Translations under genes and position numbers: made by a program
The notes under the pieces: model-generated
Database searches by the model: none
Seen by the model: the letters and a program-made list of their open reading frames with translations, nothing else
What the model was told of the DNA's origin: nothing
Origin: Cedecea lapagei
GTDB lineage: Bacteria; Pseudomonadota; Gammaproteobacteria; Enterobacterales; Enterobacteriaceae
Direction: 5' to 3'
DNA: 24,000 bases
Assembly (NCBI RefSeq): GCF_900635955.1
Contig: NZ_LR134201.1
Span: 62,124-86,123, forward strand
In this document: piece by piece, positions 19,138 through 24,000 of the stretch
Numbering within the stretch: the stretch's first letter is position 1
Layout: every line of letters begins with the position of its first letter

Positions 19138-19638
19138 ATGTTTAAAATGAACATTAGGGCGGCTGAATATAATGATATTAACGGGATAATAGATATCTAT
19201 TCTTATTATGTTTTGAAATCCACCGTGACATTTGAAATACAATTGCCGAGCTATCAAGAAATGTCAGGCCGATTAGCTAAGGCCCATGAAACACATTGTC
19301 CATTTCTGGTTTGTGAAGTGGATGAGAAAATTGCAGGTTTCACCTACGCATCGCGTTACAGGTCTCGTGAAGGGTATCGTTACACTGTTGAAGGATCTAT
19401 TTATATAGCCTCCTCTTTTCAAGGAATAGGCCTGGGGTCAGCATTACTGCAAGAACTCTTTTATCATTGCAAAAGGCAGGGCTTCAGGCAAATGATCTGT
19501 GTTGTCACAGGGCAGGTTAACAGTCCATCATATAAATTTCATATTAATAACGGATTTACTTATTGTGGCGGCCTGAAAAATGTAGGAAATAAATTCGACG
19601 CGTTTATAGATACCCATTTTTTTCAAAGGGAAATATAA
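19138..19638 (+). CDS. GNAT family N-acetyltransferase, phosphinothricin acetyltransferase-like
   Basis: MNIRAAEYNDINGIIDIYSYYVLKSTVTFE...GFTYASRYRSREGYRYTVEGSIYIASSFQGIGLGSALLQEL; start at 19138 preceded by GGGGGG (the listed ORF opens at GTG 19117). Confidence 0.88.
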   Translation: MFKMNIRAAEYNDINGIIDIYSYYVLKSTVTFEIQLPSYQEMSGRLAKAHETHCPFLVCEVDEKIAGFTYASRYRSREGYRYTVEGSIYIASSFQGIGLGSALLQELFYHCKRQGFRQMICVVTGQVNSPSYKFHINNGFTYCGGLKNVGNKFDAFIDTHFFQREI

Positions 19639-20817
19639 ATGAAGCCGTTCTATACACTCTGCATCGGTCGTGTCGGCGCATCTTTTGGTACGATGGCGTA
19701 CGCGGGTGCATTGCCGGTTATCAGGGCCGAATGGCATCTTGATGCGTCATCGGCAGGTGCGATTCAAACGGCCTTTAATATCGCAAATGCGCTTGGCTTA
19801 TTTTCGACATCGTGGCTATGTGATTATTTTGGCGCCAAAAGAGTGTATTTAATGTTCTCCTGGCTGGCAGTGGCGGCGCTGTTTCTTTTTGCTTATGCCG
19901 CACATTCATATACTTCCGCCATGGTGATAATAATACTGGTGGGACTGACACAGGGAGGGGCTTATACACCATCAATGCTGCTGGCGTTAAAAATGAGCAG
20001 TATACATAAGAGAGGATATTCGGTGGGTATGATTCTGACGGCCGGCTCGCTGGGCTACCTTCTTTCTCTTTTCATTGCCTCCTGGGGCTCGGCCTTCAAA
20101 AATGTTTCATTTGCCTTTTATTTGTGCTCGCTGGGTGTGCTAGCCGGGGCATTACTCAGTAGTTTGGCGCTGTATCATTACAAAGAAGAGTTGTGTGAGA
20201 CCACCTGCACATTAAAGAAAACGGATAACTCCCGTTTTAAACTGACCGCGTTGCTGTTGTTAGTTGGCTATATTGCTCATTGCTGGGAGTTGTTAGGCAG
20301 TTGGGCGTGGACACCCAGTATGATTGCACATGCGCTCGTAAATGAAAATTTCAGTCCTCTGACAACCGGATTAATCATTACTTTTACTATCCACTTATCC
20401 GGCATGCTTTCAACACTGCTGGTAGGTTCAATATCCGATTATTTTAACCGTACTGCCGTTCTGATTTTTATGGGTGCAGGAGGAGCAATAAGTTCAGTTC
20501 TGATGGGGATGTCCGTTTCATGGGGCGCAGCCTGGTCTATCGCTTTGGCTTTTCTTGGCAGTTTTTTTATTTTAGGCGACTCGGGTGTGTTATCTGCGGC
20601 GATTGCTGATAATGTCCCAGCTGAAAAAATAGGTAAAGTCATGGGGGTCCGTTCTTTACTTGGTTTTGGATGTGGATCGTTTTCACCTTTTTTATTTGGT
20701 ATGGCCCTGGATGCGAGTAATAGTTGGTGGCTCGCGTATAGTGTCTTAGGCTTGGGGGGAATTATTGCCTGTTTCTCAGCAATATTACTCAAGCGAAGTG
20801 AAAGGGCTGTGGCATAG
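19639..20817 (+). CDS. MFS transporter
   Basis: 392 aa, ~12 hydrophobic segments; WLCDYFGAKRVYLMF loop motif; ATG immediately follows the TAA of the GNAT gene. Confidence 0.9.
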   Translation: MKPFYTLCIGRVGASFGTMAYAGALPVIRAEWHLDASSAGAIQTAFNIANALGLFSTSWLCDYFGAKRVYLMFSWLAVAALFLFAYAAHSYTSAMVIIILVGLTQGGAYTPSMLLALKMSSIHKRGYSVGMILTAGSLGYLLSLFIASWGSAFKNVSFAFYLCSLGVLAGALLSSLALYHYKEELCETTCTLKKTDNSRFKLTALLLLVGYIAHCWELLGSWAWTPSMIAHALVNENFSPLTTGLIITFTIHLSGMLSTLLVGSISDYFNRTAVLIFMGAGGAISSVLMGMSVSWGAAWSIALAFLGSFFILGDSGVLSAAIADNVPAEKIGKVMGVRSLLGFGCGSFSPFLFGMALDASNSWWLAYSVLGLGGIIACFSAILLKRSERAVA

Positions 20818-20926
20818 CATTTTTATTTAAAGCGATATGGCAGGAACGGTAAATTAAGAGGCCAAATTGTTTTCTTCTTTCGAACGTTGAAAATACATTT
20901 TTAAGTAAACTTGAATGAGGTGTTAA

Positions 20927-21691
20927 ATGGAAAGTTTAAAAGACTGGAATCCAGCGCTGTATTTAAAGTTTGAAAATGAACGCACAAGGCCGGCGATGGA
21001 ATTATTAGCTAAAATTAATCATCCGATGGCCAAAACGTACACTGACATTGGCTGCGGTCCGGGGAACTCGACGGCATTACTCTATGCATTGGCACCTGAA
21101 GCAAAAATAACAGGCCTGGACAATTCGCCAGAAATGTTAGCCAGAGCGCGGGAAAACCTCCCCGCTTGCCAGTTTGAAAATGCGGATATCGCAACATGGA
21201 AACCTGATAGTAAACAAGATGTTATTTTCGCCAATGCGTCTATGCAGTGGATACCCAATCATCAGCATGTTTTTCCACATCTTGTGCAGCAGCTTAGTGC
21301 AGAAGGGGTATTAGCCGTACAAATGCCAGATAACTGGGGAGAATATACGCATACCCTTATGCGGCAAGTTGCGGCTGAATTTGATTGCGCAGATTCAGAG
21401 CGTGAAGCATTACTGACAATCAATGAATATTATGATCTTTTAACCGCTGCAGGTTGTGACGTTGATATCTGGCGAACCACATACTTTCATGTCATGCCAT
21501 CCATTCAGGCGATAGTTGACTGGCGCTCAGGCAGCGGCATGCGGCTTTATCTGCAGGCGTTAACCAGTCAGCAAAGAGAACGTTTCCTTGAAAGGTATAG
21601 CAGCCTTCTTAATGAGCACTATCCAGCGCAAGCGGATGGAAATAGAGTAATGGCATTTCCTCGCCTCTTTATTGTGGCGAGAAAAAAATAA
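20927..21691 (+). CDS. tam: Trans-aconitate 2-methyltransferase-like SAM-dependent methyltransferase
   Basis: 254 aa; DWNPALYLKFENERTRPAMELLAKI, DIGCGPGNSTALL, ANASMQWIPNH, VQMPDNW, VDIWRTTYFHVMPS; matches E. coli Tam motifs but diverged. Confidence 0.82.
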   Translation: MESLKDWNPALYLKFENERTRPAMELLAKINHPMAKTYTDIGCGPGNSTALLYALAPEAKITGLDNSPEMLARARENLPACQFENADIATWKPDSKQDVIFANASMQWIPNHQHVFPHLVQQLSAEGVLAVQMPDNWGEYTHTLMRQVAAEFDCADSEREALLTINEYYDLLTAAGCDVDIWRTTYFHVMPSIQAIVDWRSGSGMRLYLQALTSQQRERFLERYSSLLNEHYPAQADGNRVMAFPRLFIVARKK

Positions 21692-21693
21692 GA

Positions 21694-21713
21694 CAATATT
21701 TTAATTAATATTG
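21694..21713. repeat. AT-rich inverted repeat downstream of tam, upstream of the DeoR gene
   Basis: CAATATT-TTAATT-AATATTG, perfect 7 bp arms. Confidence 0.55.
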
Positions 21714-21820
21714 CAGAGGCATTCGTTCCTCTCTTTTCTCCTCTGGGCAATTCAGTCTTACGTGCCTGAATGATAGATTGTGCTATGTTATGCACTATTG
21801 CAGCTATTTGAGGGCTAAAC

Positions 21821-22585
21821 GTGACTGATTATGATGCATTGCCTGAACAGCGCCAGGCGATGATCCACCAGATCCTGACCGAAACGGGCAGGGTGATCGG
21901 CGCCGATGTCGCGCGGAAGCTGGGCGTGTCCGAACACACGATCCGCCGGGATTTGCAGGAGCTGGCGCGTCGTGGCCTGTGCAAAAAGGTTTATGGCGGC
22001 GCCATCAGCCAGTTCCAGCAGTCTGCCAGTTTTGAAACCCGCGTGTCGCAGGATGTCGCCGAGAAATCTCAGGTGGCGCGGAAGTGCGCCGGAATGCTCA
22101 AAGCCAACACCTGTGTGTTTCTCGATGCCGGTTCAACCTATCTGGCGATGGTGGAGTTTATCCCCGAAGAGCTTGATCTCACTATCGTCACCAACTCCCC
22201 GCAAATTGCCGCCGCGCTTAGCGGACGAACCCGAGGCGAGCTGATTTTGCTGGGCGGGAAAGTTAACCCGCTCACCGGCAGCACCCTTGGCTCCGATACC
22301 GTAAATCAGCTGCGCGGTATGGTTTTCGACCAGGCCTTTATCGGCGTGTGCGGGCTGGATCCGCAGGCTGGGCTGAGCGCGGTTTACTACGAAGATGCCT
22401 GCTTTAAACGCGAAGTGCTGAGCCAGAGCAACGAGACGATTGCCGCCGTCACGGCCAACAAGATGTCCCAGGTGGCGCGCTACAAAGTGGCGCCCTGCGA
22501 AGATATTGACGTGGTGGTGGTCAGCGCTGAAACCAAAATTACCGATTTCAGCGAAGTTAACCTGCATATTGAAGTGGCTGGTTAG
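21821..22585 (+). CDS. DeoR/GlpR family transcriptional regulator
   Basis: 254 aa; QRQAMIHQILTETGRVIGADVARKLGVSEHTIRRDLQELARRGLCKKVYGGA; sugar-sensor domain FLDAGSTYLAM. Confidence 0.94.
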   Translation: MTDYDALPEQRQAMIHQILTETGRVIGADVARKLGVSEHTIRRDLQELARRGLCKKVYGGAISQFQQSASFETRVSQDVAEKSQVARKCAGMLKANTCVFLDAGSTYLAMVEFIPEELDLTIVTNSPQIAAALSGRTRGELILLGGKVNPLTGSTLGSDTVNQLRGMVFDQAFIGVCGLDPQAGLSAVYYEDACFKREVLSQSNETIAAVTANKMSQVARYKVAPCEDIDVVVVSAETKITDFSEVNLHIEVAG

Positions 22586-22589
22586 CGAA

Positions 22590-22612
22590 ACGGGCGGTGA
22601 GTTGCCGCCCGT
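22590..22612. terminator. Possible terminator hairpin between convergent DeoR and HAD genes
   Basis: ACGGGCGG-TGAGTTG-CCGCCCGT; weak T-tract on either strand. Confidence 0.45.
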
Positions 22613-22620
22613 ATTCAGAT

Positions 22621-23421
22621 TTAGTTTTGCAGCGCCAGCAGGCTTTTTATCGTGTGCTGCACGGCGCTTTCATTATTGCTGCCGGTAATAAATCGGGCGG
22701 CGGCCTTCGTTTCCTCAAAAGCATTCCGCATCGCAAAGCTATACTCCGCCTGAGCCAGCAGCTCCAGGTCATTATAGCCGTCGCCAAACGCCAGGGTTTC
22801 CGCCGGGCTGACGTTCAGTAACTGCTGGAGCTTTTGCACCGTGGTCCCTTTGTGAACGCCAGAGTCGGCAATATCTATCCACGCCGCCTCGGACACCACG
22901 ATATAAACATCTTGCTCAAAAGGCGTCAGGGCCGGGCGAGTCTGCGGGCAGTTTCCTGCTTCGTCATAAACGCTGATTTTCACGAAATCACCCTCGAGTT
23001 CGGCAAAAGAGTCCACCTGCGCCAGGCTGGCGTAGGACTGACGCATTTTGTCTTTCAGCCGCTGCGGCACATCTTTGCGGATAAACGCGCTTTCGCTGCC
23101 GCAGGCAATAATCACGTGGCTGTCGCTGGCGGCCTCCAGAGTCTCAATAATCCGCAGCCCCAGCGCATTGTTAATTAGCGATTCGTAGACATATTCGCCG
23201 TTCCTTTTGATACGCGTGGCGCTGTCGCCGATTATCCATAAATCCTGACGATAATCGGCGAACAGCTCTTCTACCCGCTGGCATTGTTTGCCGGTACAGG
23301 CGGCGAAATGGACGCCTTGCTCTGCCATTAAGCGGTGTATTTCCGCAAATAGTGCGCGGTCATAGTCGCCGTGGCCATTGAGAAAAGTGCCGTCCAGGTC
23401 AGTAATAACTAGCTTTATCAT
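22621..23421 (-). CDS. Cof-type HAD family hydrolase
   Basis: 266 aa; VITDLDGTFLNG (motif I), AACTGK (motif II), HKGTTVQKLQQLL (motif III), FGDGYNDLELL (motif IV). Confidence 0.92.
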   Translation of the reverse strand: MIKLVITDLDGTFLNGHGDYDRALFAEIHRLMAEQGVHFAACTGKQCQRVEELFADYRQDLWIIGDSATRIKRNGEYVYESLINNALGLRIIETLEAASDSHVIIACGSESAFIRKDVPQRLKDKMRQSYASLAQVDSFAELEGDFVKISVYDEAGNCPQTRPALTPFEQDVYIVVSEAAWIDIADSGVHKGTTVQKLQQLLNVSPAETLAFGDGYNDLELLAQAEYSFAMRNAFEETKAAARFITGSNNESAVQHTIKSLLALQN

Positions 23422-23455
23422 GTTGTTATTCCATCGGTAAGCGTTCTGTGGGCGT

Positions 23456-23974
23456 TTATATTTTTAGTTTTGAAACGAAGGGCAGGTTGCGGTACTTGTT
23501 TTGCCACGGCATGCCGTAGCCAATGAGCAGGTCATCGTTGTCCATGATGTAGGCATAACATTGCTCGACGGGGATCTCTACGCGGCCAGGTTTCACAAAT
23601 AAAGTGGCAATAGAGAGAGATTTCGGCGCGTAGTTTTCGGTTAAATGGTCGACCAGGCGTTTCATGGTGCCGCCGGACTCGATGGCGTCATCCACCAGAA
23701 TCACCTCTTTACCCCTGATGCCAATATTGTCGTGGTAAACGAGAGGGGAGCCATTATTTCTGTCGCCCGGCGTATGCGGGCATGAAATGTAGTCCATTGA
23801 AATATCAAAAGTTAGCTGTCTGACCAGGTCGGCGGTAAACAGGATCCCACCGGGCACGACCGTGATCACCACCGCTTCGTGATAGCGACTATTAAGCTGC
23901 CTGGCCACTTTGGTGACGCCATCGGCAATCGTCGATTCTTTCATCACGATGTGTCCTACATGATTGTTTCTCAC
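23456..23974 (-). CDS. Phosphoribosyltransferase, divergent hypoxanthine-guanine PRTase-like
   Basis: 172 aa (start ambiguous: GTG 23974, GTG 23947 or ATG 23944); PRPP-type loop VILVDDAIESGGT, C-terminal LLIGYGMPWQNKYRNLPFVSKL aligns with Hpt FVVGYGIDYAQRYRHLPYIGKV. Confidence 0.82.
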   Translation of the reverse strand: MRNNHVGHIVMKESTIADGVTKVARQLNSRYHEAVVITVVPGGILFTADLVRQLTFDISMDYISCPHTPGDRNNGSPLVYHDNIGIRGKEVILVDDAIESGGTMKRLVDHLTENYAPKSLSIATLFVKPGRVEIPVEQCYAYIMDNDDLLIGYGMPWQNKYRNLPFVSKLKI

Positions 23975-24000
23975 TGCTGCATCCTCGCTAAAGTTTCATT

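Noticed and set aside
22133-22567. 144 aa minus-strand ORF within the DeoR regulator gene
   Set aside because: Nested antisense frame without RBS or recognisable product.
1-24000. CRISPR array, tRNA, transposase or integrase
   Set aside because: No regularly spaced direct repeats, no tRNA cloverleaf and no transposase or integrase-like ORF was recognised; the accessory genes show no obvious mobile-element boundaries.

Overview
The window is a 24 kb stretch of enterobacterial-type chromosome. A conserved core runs gor, rlmJ, prlC, rsmJ, uspA, uspB, pitA, yhiN. It is interrupted and flanked by accessory genes. On the left are a MocR-type regulator, a HEPN/transmembrane/ankyrin-like protein, an omptin protease, a GNAT and a Kdo hydroxylase-like dioxygenase. 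In the middle are a PAP2 phosphatase between rlmJ and prlC, and a DUF559 Vsr-like endonuclease ORF whose 3' end runs into a nested hairpin repeat between rsmJ and uspA, where E. coli K-12 carries dtpB. On the right is an AT-rich cassette (LysR, GNAT, MFS, trans-aconitate methyltransferase-like), then a DeoR regulator, a Cof-type HAD phosphatase and a divergent HPRT-like phosphoribosyltransferase. By-eye regulatory matches include an exact PhoP-box-like repeat upstream of the Kdo hydroxylase gene, a near-consensus sigma-32 promoter upstream of prlC-rsmJ, and a partial Pho box upstream of the PAP2 gene. The strongest candidates for less-described biology are the HEPN/TM/ankyrin-like protein, the DUF559 plus hairpin-repeat unit, the PRTase with changed active-site residues, and the LysR/GNAT/MFS/Tam cassette. 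No RNA genes, CRISPR arrays or transposases were recognised. All assignments are from memory of families and motifs; no database search was run.
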